From Eledone cirrhosa (lineage: Eukaryota), in NCBI GenBank assembly GCA_964016885.1, contig OZ024742.1, forward strand, positions 159,030,001-159,094,000: DNA of 64,000 bases, written 5' to 3'. This document shows, piece after piece, positions 48,551 through 63,923 of this stretch (position 1 is the first letter of the stretch; every line of letters starts with the position of its first letter). The notes under the pieces are model-generated. The model did no database searches, was not told the origin of the DNA, and saw only the letters and a list, made by a program, of their open reading frames with translations. Both the position numbers and the translations under genes were made by a program.

Positions 48551-49534
48551 GATAGAAGTGTGTGCCCATGAAGGTTGGCCGACCGACTTTAACTTACATC
48601 AACCAACTATGTCGAGACACAGGATGCTCCCCTAATGACCTCCCAACACTTATGCTTAATCATGATGGATGGTGTGCTAGACTCATAAATATCCAAGAAA
48701 GCTCAACCAGATGAGGAAGGGCATCTGGCTGTAAAAAAACTGCCACGGCAGTATATATACTAGACTTTAAAATAAGTTATGGTTCGGAATCAGGAAACAC
48801 ACATATATATATAGAAAATTTGCTTCAAAGGTCATGTCCAACCCATGCAAGTATGAAAAAAGTAGACATTATAATAATGATGATCATTATCATCATCATG
48901 ACGAGTATGATGTGATTTGAGATATTTAGCTGCTAGCACCAACTCCAAAGTATAAACACTTAAATTCTACTTTATCCTACTTTATTTTGTCTTTAAAGTT
49001 GTGTGTGTCACTTTTGAAGGAAGATGTCTGGAAATACTGTTGATTTCATATGACAATTCTTGATTAGTTCATCATACCTAATTAATTAGTTTAATATTTC
49101 CATAATTAATTTGTCTAAGAAAAAAGAGTGATTGTTGGTGGATGTGTGGGATGGGGGCATTGAATACAATGTCAAAAAAGTGTTTCAATATTCAAATAAA
49201 TAAAAATAACAGAAAAGAAAAATTGTAATGGTGAAGGAGGGGAGGGGGGAGATGAGTGGGATGGTGACAGGGAGAAGGAGTGTGATGGTGACAGGGAGGA
49301 GTGTGATCATGAGAGGGTGGATGAGAGAGAACGGGAGAGGAATGTGATGGTGAGAGTGAGGAAGAAGAGAAGATATAGTAGTCTGATGGTGAACAGGAGC
49401 GGGTAGAGAGAGGAATGTAATGGAGAGAGGGAGGGAGAGGAATATAATAGTAAGAGGGAGAGGATATGTGGTGAGAGGGATGATGAAAAGGTGAGGAGAA
49501 AGGTATGTGAGTTATATTCTGTACATTTTTCAGG

Positions 49535-50600
49535 ATCCCTTAGGGACCAAATTAGCAATGGAGATGGGTGTGCTGAAAGTATAGTAGCAAGAGTGAGAAA
49601 GGGATGGATAAAGTTCAGAGAGCTACTACTGATGCTAGCTACAAAAGGTTTTCCTTTAAACCTAAAGACAGACTGTATGAAGCATGGAAGTGAGACTTAG
49701 GCAATATGTGCAGAGAACCTATGAAGATTGGAAAGAAATGAAGCTTGCATGCTCTGATGTGTGTGTAATAGTAGTGTACATGAACGACAAAGTATCAGTG
49801 ATCTGGGAGAGAAACTAGGCAGTAGAGGGGTCAGATGCAGTCTACAGGAGTGGAGATTGGAGTGGTTTGGACATGTGATGCATATGGAGGATGACAGATG
49901 TATAAAAAGGTGTAGGTCACTCAAAGTCGATAATAACTATAGAAAAGGAAGATCTAGGAGAACTTGGAATGAAGTAATAAAAGCTGACTTTGCCCAATTA
50001 AAACTCACAAAGAAGACCACACAGGATCAAGATCTCTGGTACCATCCAGTACTGCAGAAGACCCCACCCCACCATGTGCTCAAAATGAAATGAAACAAAC
50101 ATGCAGAGGACACACTAGCCTGCAACAATCCTCTTACCACATCGCCCCCCCCCCCCTCATCCTCCACTCACACCTGCTAAATATCCTACACACCTAATCG
50201 ATATCGACCTCGCATACCTACTCCACCCCCAGTCATGATCTGCCCAGCCCATGAAAGCAGGGCACACTCGACATCTGATCTCCCACAATGCTGTTGCCAT
50301 GACAAAAAGCACAAAGTCCACCCTGTATGCTGATCCGGTGCCACGATAACAAAAGCATGAAGTCCAACCTCTCTGGTAATCATGTTGGTGACACGAAAAA
50401 AACACACGTCTACACTGTAAAGTAGTCGTGTTGGCAACACAACAAAAAGCACTCAGTCACACTGTAACATGGTTGGTGTTAGGAAAGGCATCCAACCATA
50501 AAAACCAAGACAAAATACAGATCTGTATGAGCAAGACGTCGTGTCCTGAGCTGACATCTAACCCATACAAGTGTGGAAAAATGTATGTTAAACGATGATA
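49535..50600 (+). mobile_element. Decayed RTE LINE 3' fragment with 3' UTR
   Basis: GWIKFRELL..; RLEWFGHV..; UTR motif ggttggtgttaggaaaggcatcca. Confidence 0.8.
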
Positions 50601-51287
50601 AGGACTAGAAATGTATGTGTGTGTGTGTGTTATAGTTTCTTATAGTGGTCTTAAAAACATTAGTTCAGCTCAAGCTGACCATAATTCTAGTAGTGTAAAC
50701 TACATTATCAATTATGTCCTGTTTATGTTCTTTGTGAGTTGTTTTATCCCTAACTCTTTCGCTACCATATTTCTAATGAAAGACACTATGATTTTCAAAT
50801 AATTTTGAAAATAATCAAAAATTTAGGGGAATTAAATAATATAACTAAACTTTCTTATTATTTGTCTAGTAACAAAAATTCTTACATGAAATTGATACAA
50901 CGCTTTCAGATAAATATAAAATCTTTAAGCCTTTCATTGCCATATTTCTAAGGAAAGACACTGCCTATGAGTTCCAAATCATTTTGAAAATAATCAATAA
51001 ATTTCAGGGGATTTAATAATATAACGTTTTCATTTTGAAGTTAGTGTTTGACACTTAACAAAAAGTGCTTACATAAAATTTATGATGGAAGGTTTTTAGA
51101 TATCTATAATACTTTTAACAAACAGTTTTGTATTATAGATCTAGGGACCGTTTCATGTAGTTTGGTAACAGTAAGACGATTTGAGAGAGATTTGGATGTA
51201 CTTCTAGCAGTCCTTGTGACCACATAGAGGTGGTGGTGGTGGTTGTTGTTTAGTGCCAGGTCAAAGGTTGATGGTTTATATATATAC

Positions 51288-51326
<39 letters not shown>

Positions 51327-51338
51327 TATATATATATA

Positions 51339-54300
51339 TCATCATCATTTTACGTCCGCTTTTCCATGCTTGCAAGGGTGAGACGGGTCTTATTCAGCAC
51401 AGCATCTCTCCACTTGTCACGGTCCTTCATCATCTCCACTGTGAGCTTCAGCGATCTGAGGTCTGTTCTCACCACCTCCGCCCATGTTTTTCGTGGTCTA
51501 TCTCTACCAGATCTTCTTTCAACTGGCATTTCCTGGCACTTCTTCACCCATCGGTCATCCTTCATGCGCATCACATGTCCATACCACCGCAGTCTCTCCT
51601 CTCCCGTACACTACATTCTATCCCTCTCAGACACAGTTTCTCTCTCAACACATCTATGCTGGGTCGTTCACGCAGTGACATTGCATATCCAATGGAGCAT
51701 ACTTGCCTCATTTCTCTCCAGCCATCGCATATCCTCTGCAGTTGCTGCCCATGTCTCACTACCATGCAGCATCGCGCTCCTCACACAGGCATCATATAAC
51801 CGGCCTTTCGTACGCAGGGAGAAACCCTTCTTCATCAGCAGAAGAAGCAGCTCCCTAAACTTCTTCCAACCCGTCATTATTCTAGATACTATGGCCTTGG
51901 AACACCCCCCTCCCATGCTAATCTGATCTCCTAGGTACCGGAAGCTATCCACCACTTCTATAGCACCCGCCTGCATTTGAAAAATGTGTCTATCAATGCG
52001 ACTTCTACTGTCTAATTTCCCTGTACATCTACTGCATACATATTTCTCCATACCTGTTAGTTTGCCTGCTATCCCACTACATCTCTTGTGTACCCAGGAT
52101 CTGCATTGTGTGCATTTTATAGAATTTATGCCAGTTCCTTTTCTGCATATCGAACATGGCCATTTCCCTGACGGAATCAGAGTTTTGTCCTCTTTTCTAC
52201 TCATCAACACTTTTGTCTTAGCTAGGTTCACTCTCAGTCCTCTTGCTTCCAACTGCTGTTTCCATAGCCAGAATTTATTCTCTAGCTCCTCTACTGATTC
52301 TGCTATAAGAACCAGATCGTCAACATAGAGAAGTTCCCATGGACAGCCAGTTTTAAACTCTTCTGTTATGGCTTGGAGGACTATAATGAACAAGAGCGGG
52401 CTGGGGACCGAACCTTGATGTACTCCTACTTGTATCTGGAATTCCTCACTAAACTCCATCCCTACCCTGACTTTACTGACAGCACCTCTGTACAAAGTTT
52501 GCACTGTCCTCACAAGCCATTCCTCAACACCTAGTTTCCTTAGGGACTACCAGATGACAGATCGGAGTACCCTATCAAAGGCCTTTCTCTAGGTCAACAA
52601 AGGCTAAGTATAGTGGCTTATTCTTCTCTAAGAACCTCTCTTTTAATTATCTCACCAAGAAGAGGGCATCTTTGTAATTTTCCCAGGCAAAAAATCAAAC
52701 TGCATCTCATCTAGTTTGACCCTTTCTCTAATTAGTTGTGCTAATATCCTTTCTGCCACTTTCATAACCTGATCCATCAGTTTTATACCCCTATAATTGC
52801 TCTTCTCCAGAGCATCCCCTTTACCTTTGTAGCAATTTATGAGAATACTGCTGCACCAGTCTTTGGGTATGAGACCACCATATATAGCCTGATTGATGAT
52901 GCATGCAAACAGTTTAGTGCCTACGTCCCCTGATGCCTTCAGCATCTCAGAAACTATCCCCGACAGTCCAGAAGCCTTACCATTTTTCATTTTCTTAATT
53001 GCCCCTTGGACCCTATATTCGTCAATCTCAATAGCTGGTCCCTCTGTCGGATCTACTGAGGGTAATTTATCTCTCTCCGATTCGTTCTCCACATTCATCA
53101 GTCTCTCATAATGACATTTCCAGGCCTCCTTTTTCTGATCATTCGTGACACTAAGTACACCGGCATCATTTCGGACACATTTATCTCCAACAACATCCTG
53201 ATTTGCATTGACACACTGCTTTGCAATGTGGAACACCGCACGCCTCTGATCTTCCCATCGCAGAACATTGGCAAACCTCCTACTCTCAGCCTCCCTGCGT
53301 GCTAAGTACACCTGATGTTTAGCTTCTCTCTTAGCAGCTGTATATCCTTCTCTACTCCCACCCTTTTTCCAAGCCTTCCATGCTAGTCTTTTGTCTCTAA
53401 TGGCCCTATCTACTGTGCTGTTCCACCACCAGGTCACTCTCTGTCAGGTTGGAGCTCTGCTCCAGCCACAAGTTTCATCAGTAGCCTGCAATAAGTTGTT
53501 ACGTAAGAAATTCCAGTTATTATCTATGTCATACGACTCTAAATCGTCTTCTTTTTCATCATACACATCTTGAAGGGCTTTCCTAAATTTGCATTTTAGT
53601 GAAGGGTCTTTTAGCTTCCAGACCTTTCTTCTCCACACCTTCCTGTATGTCTCATTCCATCTCTTGCTTACTGAGATATCACTAACAACTAACCTATGCT
53701 GTGGGGTACATTCTTCCCCAGGGTATGCTTTGGTATTTGACACCATCTGCCTGTCCCGCTGCCTAACTAGTAAGAAGTCAATCTGGCTTATATGCTCGCC
53801 TGATTTGTAAGCTATTAGGTGGTTGACAGGTTTCTGGAAGTTAGTGTTACAAATAGTCAGTGTACTTGCATCACAAAATTCAAGAAGTCTCACTCCTTAT
53901 TCATTTCTTGAGCCGTAACCGTGCCCATCATGTACACCAGTGTAACCATCCTGGAGCTTTCCAACATGACCATTGAAGTCCCCTGCTAGCATAACGATGT
54001 CTCCGTCCAATGTCATTGCGGCTGTTTGTAAAAGTTGCTCGTAAAAGCAGTCTTTCTCTTCTTTGCCTAGGCCTGCTTGGGAAGCATAGGCAGAGATGAT
54101 TGTCAATAGTCACCTGCCTACAACTAATCTAAGCTTAATTATTCTATTATTAACTCAAACTACTTCTATTGTCTTATTGATCCATCTCTCAGCCAGGAAA
54201 ATGCCTACTCATCCTTACCTACCCAGAAAAGCTTATAGCTAAGATGTTTGCCTGCGACTAGTCTCGCAGAGGCACCTCTCCATCTCACCTCTTGCACGCA

Positions 54301-54530
54301 GCACACATCCACATGCCTTCTCTCCAGCATCCCCACTATTTCACCAGATCTACCTGTGAGAGTGCCAACATTAAGTGTTGCAACTCTGAGATGCGACGTC
54401 TTCATATTTTTGTTGTTCCTATATTTGTTGCTGTGCTCATAATTGTTTTGGCATTGATCCACTGGTTGGATGCCCTTCCTAACACCAGTGCCACTTTACA
54501 GCATGGACTAGAGAGGATGTCTTACTGGAC
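51339..54530 (-). mobile_element. Near full-length RTE-clade LINE (APE, RT, PHD-like finger), disrupted
   Basis: LRVATLNVGTL..CVQEVRW, AGDFNGHVG, SQIDF..QHRLVV (APE); KASGLSG, MQFDF, VHQGS, LLYVDD (RT); (GAT)n tail at 51339. Confidence 0.93.
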
Positions 54531-55251
54531 TCATGGGCCCTCTCTACTCCTCCATTTTACAGCATGGTCATAAAAAAAAAAACACCACTTATTGACACTC
54601 ACGGCACACACACTCACTCACACACCAACACTCATGCATACAAACACACACGCCACTCACACACCAACACTCATACATACAAACACACACACGCCACTCA
54701 CACCGTCAGTACTGATACAAGATCATGTCAACTGTGGACTTTTACAGTTCAGTTTTTATATAATAATAATAATTGTTTGCTTTACAGCATAGAGCAATGG
54801 CCCTCCACGCTCCAGGCCCCAAAACAAGGCACCAGCAATGCACTGGGACAATCGCTGCCCCGTGCCAAGAACAGAATAGTTATTTAGTATTATAGTTGTT
54901 TTCTTCTTCTTAAGGCCTGATAGCTGGTGATGGTGATGGTGGATGGTGTAAGTGATGGTGGTGGTGGTGGATGGTGTGTCAGTGATGGTGATGGCAGTTG
55001 TTGTTGCTGCTGCCGTTGTTGTTCATTTCACTGATGCAGACTATGGTGTTGTTGCTGTTGTTGTAGTTGCTGGGTTGAAATTTTGAAATTTGGTCGCTTC
55101 GCATGTGTGATATATACACATACATATATATATATATATACACATATATATATACATACATACACACACATTCAACACAGACAATGGTGTTGTTGCTGTT
55201 GTTGTTGTAGTTGTGTTGAAATCTGGTCGCATCGACTGAGAAATATATATA

Positions 55252-57645
55252 TCATCATCATCATCGTTTTACGTCCATTCTTCCATGCTAGCAAGGGTTA
55301 GACGGGTTGTCCTGTTGTGGGCAGTGTCTGGTCGGCTGACCATGCCTTGCTCATACAGGAACTGATTTTGGCTTGATTTCTACAGCTGGATGTCCTTCCT
55401 AACACCAACCTCATTTACAGTGAGTGCTGGGTGCTTTTTTTCCGTGGCGCCTACGCATCCACTTTACAGTGTGGGCTGGGTGCTTTTTTGCCGTGGCACC
55501 TCCACGACCACTTTGCAGTGGGAGGGTGTGGGGGCATATTGTCTATATGCTTCAGCTTGTACCCATGGGAGGTCGGGTACTCTGTATTACTGCGTGACAC
55601 CAGAGGTCACGGTCGTGTGTCATCGCCTTTGAGAGGTGTAATTGGGTAAGGTCGGCTTTTATCACCTCATCCCAGGTCTTCTTGGGTCTCCCCACTCCGC
55701 AGTTTCCATTGACTTCTAGTGCTCTGCACCTTTTTATGCAGCTGTTATCCTTCATACGCATCACATGTCCATACCAATGCAACCGCCTCTCCTGCACACA
55801 GCATTTGATTCCTCTTATGCTCAGTCTCTCTCTCAATTCATTTATGCTTTGCCGTTCGCGTATATTACTATTACACATCCATCGGACCATGTAGGCTTCG
55901 TTTCTTTCTAATCTACGTAAGTCTTCCACCTTCAGCGCCCAGGTCTCACTACCATGTAACATGGCTGTTCGTATACACGCATCATACAGTCTGCCTTTCA
56001 TTTTGAGGGAAAAGCCTTTTGCTGCTAGCAGTGGTAGTAGTTCCCTGAACTTCTTCCATCCCGTTCTTACCCCAGTTATTGTACTTTCTGAACACCCACT
56101 TCCGCTGCTAATTCGGTCACTTAGGTAGCAGAAGCTGTCTACTGTTTCTACAGAGCCCTCCCAGAGATTGGTGGTACTTGTTTCCTGTGGCTGTTTGCTG
56201 CTTGCTGTCCCAGCACAGCTGCTGCATGTGAAGCCTACATTCTTAATTAAGCTTCCTGAGATCCCACTACATCTCTTGTGTACCCATTGTTTGCATTTGG
56301 GGCAGAGAATGGAGTTCCTACCTACACCTTTCCTACATACTGAGCAAAGCAATTTCCTTGAGGGGATCTGGGTTCTGTTTTCTCATCTACTTACAAGGAC
56401 CTTAGTCTTTGTCATGTTGACTTTGAGACCCTTTCTTTCTAGTTTGGAATTTCTTTTCTACCATAGATTCAGCTATAAGTGTGAGGTCATCAGCATACAG
56501 GAGTTCCCATGGGCATCCGGTCTTAAACTCCTCCATTATTGCCTGCAGGACTATGATGAACAGGAGAGGGCTAAGAACAGAGCCCTGGTGGACACCAACC
56601 TGTACGCTAAATTCCTTGCTATACTCATTGCTAATCCTAACTTTGCTGACTGCTCCACTATACATGGCTTGTACAGCTTTCACAAGCCATTCATCTACTC
56701 CTAGTTTTCTAAGAGCCCACCAGATTACAGCACGTGGAACTCTTTCAAAGGCTTTCTCGAGATCGACGAATGCCAGGTAGAGTGGCTTACTTTTAGCTAG
56801 GTACTTTTCCTGTAACTGCCTCACAAGGAAGAGGGCATCAGTGGTGCCTCTTCCTGGTACAAACCCAAATTGCATCTCATCTAGTTTCACCCGGTCTCTA
56901 ATCAACTGTGCTATAACTCTTTCTGTTACTTTCATGACCTGGTCCATCAGCTTTATACCTCTATAGTTTCCTCTATCTAGTGCATCACCTTTACCTTTGT
57001 AGCAGTTGACAATGATGCTACTGCACCAATCTTTTGGTATGACACCTAGTATTACCTGGTTAACAATACGTGTGGTTATAGTGTGACCTACAGACCCAGA
57101 TGCCTTCGGCATCTCGGTAGCTATACCCGATGGACCGGTTGCCTTCCCCATCTTCATATCTTTGATTGCCTTACTTACTACGCTGCTGCTGACTTTTACT
57201 GCTGGCCCCTCTATAGGGTCTACTTGGGGTAGGGTCTCTTCTTCCCATGCATTCTCCTCATTTAGTAATCTATCATAATGGCTCTTCCATGCATCTTTCT
57301 TCTCAGCACTTGTGAGGGCAAGCTCACCTTTATCATTCCAATGACATCACAATTCTCTCTGACACACTGCCTCGCAATCTTGAACACCTCCTGTTTCTGG
57401 TCCTCACGTTGCAAAACATGCTTGAATTTTCTATCCTCTGCTTCCCTCCTAGCTAAGTATACTTGTCGCCTAGCTTCCCTCTTGGTCTCTATGTAATGTA
57501 CCCTGGTTCCCCCATTCTTCTATTCTTTCCATGCCTGTCTCTTGGCCTTAACTGCCTCATCTACCTTATTGTTCTGCCACCAAGTCACTCTCCTCCTGCT
57601 TGTGGTCTTACTCCAGCTACAAATCTCATCCGTCGCCTCTAGTAA
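55252..57645 (-). mobile_element. 5'-truncated RTE-clade LINE
   Basis: ORFs 56402-57157 (MQFGFVPG, FVDLEKAF, LLYADD) and 55552-56352; (GAT)n tail; inserted among short tandem repeats (55167-55245 resembles 57750-57842). Confidence 0.93.
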
Positions 57646-57647
57646 AT

Positions 57648-57722
<75 letters not shown>

Positions 57723-58320
57723 TATATATATATACATATATGTACACACACATATTCAACACAGAGAAAGGAGTTTAGCAACATGTCAGTGATATGTTGT
57801 TGTAGTTGTTGCTGTGTTGAAATCTGGTCACATCGACTGAGATATATATATATATATACATATATACACACACATATATATAATATATATATATATATAC
57901 ACACACATTCAACACAGAGAAGAGAAAGGAGTTAGGGGTTTGTCAACAAGTCAGACACCTTAGTGTAGATAGGGTAATGACTTATGTGGTGGTGGTGCGG
58001 AGGCGAGTGTAGACATTATTGGGGGGGGGGGGGCAGTGAGATGTATCAAGTTCATAGTTCACTTCCATTTTCCTCTCTTTTCAAAATTTGAATTTATGGC
58101 CATCTTGCAATAGGAGACAAATAAATGCAAAATGTAAAATTTAAATAGAGATTGCTCTGGAAAAATATATGGAATATTTCTGTAGCTTCCACAGCTTTTC
58201 TCAGAACATTTCCCCTGAGTCCAATGAGCAAAAATTTTGTTGTATTTTGATCTTTCAGAATACGAAAATTAATAAGAACTTACCCCCACGAAAAACAGTG
58301 TGTTGTCCGATCTATGAGGT

Positions 58321-58409
<89 letters not shown>

Positions 58410-58493
58410 AAAGGTAAACAGAAATAACAAGACATTCGGTACAGTATATGGAAGGGATAGATTAGGTTAACGCTTGATTAGGCAGGAGGAGGG

Positions 58494-58529
58494 TCTTAAC
58501 GTTTTGGACGCGAGTCCTTCATCAGAAGA
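58494..58529 (-). ncRNA. Minimal hammerhead, probably inactivated (GAAA>AAAA)
   Basis: TCTT-CTGATGA-a GGAC tcgc GTCC-AAAA-C G TT-AAGA; palindromic AACGTT stem III. Confidence 0.6.
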
Positions 58530-58594
58530 AAGAATGAGAAATAAGATAGATTAAGGGGACGGGCGGGTTAGACATATATATACATACATATATA

Positions 58595-58760
58595 GTGGCT
58601 GCCAACTCATTTTCGAGTACGGCCACTACTTTATATCCATGTAGGAGAATCCCTACCGATGCGCTGAACGAGTGTGACTTTTTAGTCCAGCCAGTGACTT
58701 GAAAACTCTGGTACAAACACTACACTTGTGACAGTTATTGACACATAGTGCTGGGCCCAT
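58595..58760 (-). mobile_element. LINE 3' end with C2H2 zinc finger
   Basis: Minus frame HKCSVCTRVFKSLAGLKSHTRSAHR*, of the kind that ends many RTE-group ORFs; no splice context seen. Confidence 0.55.
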
Positions 58761-58882
58761 GGTACCATGTGACGACAAGTGCAGAGAGATCTCCAGATAT
58801 AAAGCAATGCCTGTGCCGTGAAGCTTTTATAGTGAGCAAAGGCACTGCACAAAGCCAGTCCCACTCTCTTAACCAAGATAAT

Positions 58883-59063
58883 TGTTTCTACTTTAGGCAC
58901 AAGGCCAGCAAATTACCCAGTGCATTACTGGTACTTTATTTTATCGACCCCGTAAGGATGAAAGGCAAAGTCAACCTCGGCGGGAATTGAACTCAGATCG
59001 AAAAGGGACGTAACTATGCTGGAAAGCATGGCGTCCGTCCTGCTACCAATACTGCCAATCCAC
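58883..59063 (-). mobile_element. SINE family 1 with ~20-bp target-site duplication
   Basis: ccactctcttaaccaagataat at 58861-58882 and 59060-59081. Confidence 0.9.
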
Positions 59064-59438
59064 TCTCTTAACCAAGATAATATTTACCAAAAAGAAGAAC
59101 AAGTCAACATCATTGGATACCATCAGGGTTGCAGGTGTTATATCAGAGTTTTCCTTCTCCTAGAATTCTGCCTTGACAAAGGCTAAGGCGTCATCTCTCC
59201 CGGTGATTTTGGATGGCCATTGGCTCTTAAGAGGCCCTTTGACAGGTTTTGCTTTTAGTCCTGCAGGATGTCCAAAGTCACCCTCCTCACCAAGAAACCT
59301 TGTTGGAGTTGCCAGTTTAGTCGCCAATGATCCGACCATGGGACAGGTTGTACTGGGATACATGTTACCAGTAGCACCAACTGGTGACCTGACATACGTG
59401 ACATACATATATACATATATATATACATACATATATGC

Positions 59439-59467
<29 letters not shown>

Positions 59468-59469
<2 letters not shown>

Positions 59470-59804
59470 GGGTGCGGACGATATTTATTCGCAATTTTCA
59501 ACAGCTAATTTTATGCAAATTTTTTTTACTTCCGTTGTCACTCTTGTCTTCATAAACTATATTTCCATTATTTATTTTCAGAATAATAGATTATGAATAA
59601 TTTTGAACCTCCAAATTTGTGGAAGAGACACGGAGTTCTTCTTGGAATCCGCGCCGGGAGGACAAATAAGGAAATTTCAGACTTTCTCAGCGTCAGCAGG
59701 AGAATGGTGGAAAAGGTCAGAAAGGAATTGGAAGATTCAGGATTCGACTACGAAGAAACATCAGAGAGGAAAACACATGATTGACGAATATCGTCCGCAC
59801 CCTG
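59468..59804 (+). mobile_element. Internally deleted Tc1/mariner element retaining the transposase N-terminal HTH
   Basis: TA|CAGGGTGCGGACGATATT ... AATATCGTCCGCACCCTG|TA; ORF 59593-59784 ..[23 protein letters not shown].. Confidence 0.85.
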
Positions 59805-60017
59805 TATATACATATATATATATATACACATACGTATATATATATATATATATATATACATATATATATACATATATATATATACACATACGTATATATA
59901 TATATATGTATATACATATATATATATATATATGTATATACATATATATATATATGTATATACATATATATATACATATATATATACATATATATATACA
60001 TATATATATATACATAT

Positions 60018-60413
60018 ATCATCATCATCACCGTTTTACGTCCGTTCTTCCACGCTAGCATGGGTTAGACGGGTTGTCCTGTTGTGGGCAGTGTCTGGTC
60101 GGCTGACCATGCCTTGCTCATACAGGAACTGATCTGGCTTGATTTCTACAGCTGGATGCCCTTCCTAACACCAACCTCATTTACAGTGAGTGCTGGGTGC
60201 TTTTTCGTGGCGCCTACACGTCCACTTTACAGTGTGGGCTGGGTGCTTTTTTGCCGTGGCACCTCCACGACCACCTTGCGGTGGGGGGGGGGGGGGGGGG
60301 CATATTGTTTATATGCTTCAGCATGTACCCATGGGAGGTCGGGTACCCTGTATTACTGCGTGACGCCAGAAGTCACGGTCGTGTGTCATTGACTTTGAGA
60401 GGTGTAGTTGGGT
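60018..60413 (-). mobile_element. RTE LINE 3' end
   Basis: Colinear with 55252-55647. Confidence 0.9.
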
Positions 60414-60601
60414 ATATATACATATATATATATACATATATATATATACATATATATATATATACATATATATATATACATATATATATATACATATATA
60501 TATATACATATATATATATACATATATATATATACATATATATATATACATATATATATACATATATATATATACATATATATATATACATATATATATA
60601 C

Positions 60602-60648
<47 letters not shown>

Positions 60649-60899
60649 CATATATATATATACATATATATATATACATATATACATATATATATACATA
60701 TATATATACATATATATATATACATATATACATATATATATATACATATATATATACTATAATATATACTATATATATATATACATATATACATATATAT
60801 ATATACATATATATATACATATATATATATACATATATATATATACATATATACATATATATATATACATATATATACATATATTATACATATATATAT

Positions 60900-60934
<35 letters not shown>

Positions 60935-60984
60935 CATATATATACTATATACATAACATATATATATATACATATATATATTAC

Positions 60985-61049
<65 letters not shown>

Positions 61050-61150
61050 CATATATATATATACATATATATATATATACATATATTATATATATATACA
61101 ATATATATATTATATTATATATATTACATATATATATTATATATTATACA

Positions 61151-61184
<34 letters not shown>

Positions 61185-61383
61185 CAATATATATATTATA
61201 CATATTATATATATACTAAAAATATTTATATATATACATATACTATATATATTACTACATATATTATATAGTACATATTATATATATATACATATATATA
61301 TACATATATATATATATACATATATATATATACATATATATATATATACATATATATATATACATATATATATATACATATAC

Positions 61384-61416
<33 letters not shown>

Positions 61417-61465
61417 CATATATACATATATATATATACATATACATATATATATATACATATAC

Positions 61466-61498
<33 letters not shown>

Positions 61499-61582
61499 CA
61501 TATATACATATATATATATACATATACATATATATATATCATATATACATATACATATATATATATACATATATATATATAC

Positions 61583-61613
<31 letters not shown>

Positions 61614-61740
61614 CATATACATATATATACATATATATATATATACATATACATATATATACATATACATATATATATACATATATATATATACATATAT
61701 ATATATACATATATATATATACATATATACATATATATAC

Positions 61741-61771
<31 letters not shown>

Positions 61772-61862
61772 CATATATATATATACATATATATATACAT
61801 ATATATATATATACATATATATATACATATATATATACATATATATATACATATATATATAC

Positions 61863-61893
<31 letters not shown>

Positions 61894-61930
61894 CATATAT
61901 ATATACATATATATATACATATATATATAC

Positions 61931-61961
<31 letters not shown>

Positions 61962-62243
61962 CATATATATATACATATATATATACATATATATATATAC
62001 ATATATATATATATACATATATATATATACATATATATATACATATATACGTATATATACATATATATATACATATATACGTATATATATATACATATAT
62101 ATATATATACGTATATATATATATATATACGTATATATGTATATATATATATGTATATATATATATGTATATGTATATATATGTATATGTATATATATGT
62201 ATATGTATATATGTATATATATATATATGTATATGTATATATG

Positions 62244-62316
<73 letters not shown>

Positions 62317-62507
62317 GTATTATATATATATACGTATATATATATATATATATATATATACGTATATATATATATATATATATATATATACGTATATATA
62401 TATATATATATATACGTATATATATATATATATATATATATACGTATATATATATATACGTATATATATATATGTATATATATATATACGTATATATATA
62501 TATATAC

Positions 62508-62543
<36 letters not shown>

Positions 62544-62720
62544 GTATATATATATATATATATATATACGTATATATATATATACGTATATATATATATA
62601 TATATATATACGTATATATATATATACGTATATATATATATATATACGTATATATATATATATATATATATATACATACATATATATATGTATATATATA
62701 TACGTATATATATACGTATA

Positions 62721-62754
<34 letters not shown>

Positions 62755-63061
62755 CGTATATATATATATATATACATATATATACATATATATACATATA
62801 TATACATATACATATATATACATATACATATATATACATATATATACATATACATATATATACATATATATACATATACATATATATACATATATATACA
62901 TATACATATACATATATATACATATATATACATATACATATATATACATATATATACATACATATATATACATATATATACATATACATATATATACATA
63001 TATATACATATATATACATACATATATATACATATATATATATACACATATATATATATAC

Positions 63062-63092
<31 letters not shown>

Positions 63093-63151
63093 CATATATA
63101 TATACATATATATATATATATACATATATATATACATATATATATATATAC

Positions 63152-63233
<82 letters not shown>

Positions 63234-63304
63234 CATATATATATACATATATATATATACATATATATATATACATATATATATATATACATATATATAT
63301 ATAC

Positions 63305-63371
<67 letters not shown>

Positions 63372-63432
63372 CATATATATATATACATATATATATACAT
63401 ATATATATATACATATATATATATACATATAC

Positions 63433-63465
<33 letters not shown>

Positions 63466-63508
63466 CATATATACATATATATATATACATATACATATAT
63501 ATATATAC

Positions 63509-63541
<33 letters not shown>

Positions 63542-63626
63542 CATATATACATATATATATATACATATACATATATATATATACATATATACATATACAT
63601 ATATATATATACATATATATATATAC

Positions 63627-63657
<31 letters not shown>

Positions 63658-63892
63658 CATATACATATATATACATATATATATATATACATATACATAT
63701 ATATACATATACATATATATATACATATATATATATACATATATATATATACATATATATATATACATATATACATATATATACATATATATATATATAC
63801 ATATATATATATACATATATATATATACATATATATATACATATATATATATATACATATATATATACATATATATATACATATATATATAC

Positions 63893-63923
<31 letters not shown>

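Noticed and set aside
54788-54875. GC-rich patch upstream of the RTE, tested as an HDV-like ribozyme or exon
   Set aside because: P1 would need mostly G.U pairs and no convincing P2 forms; no donor site
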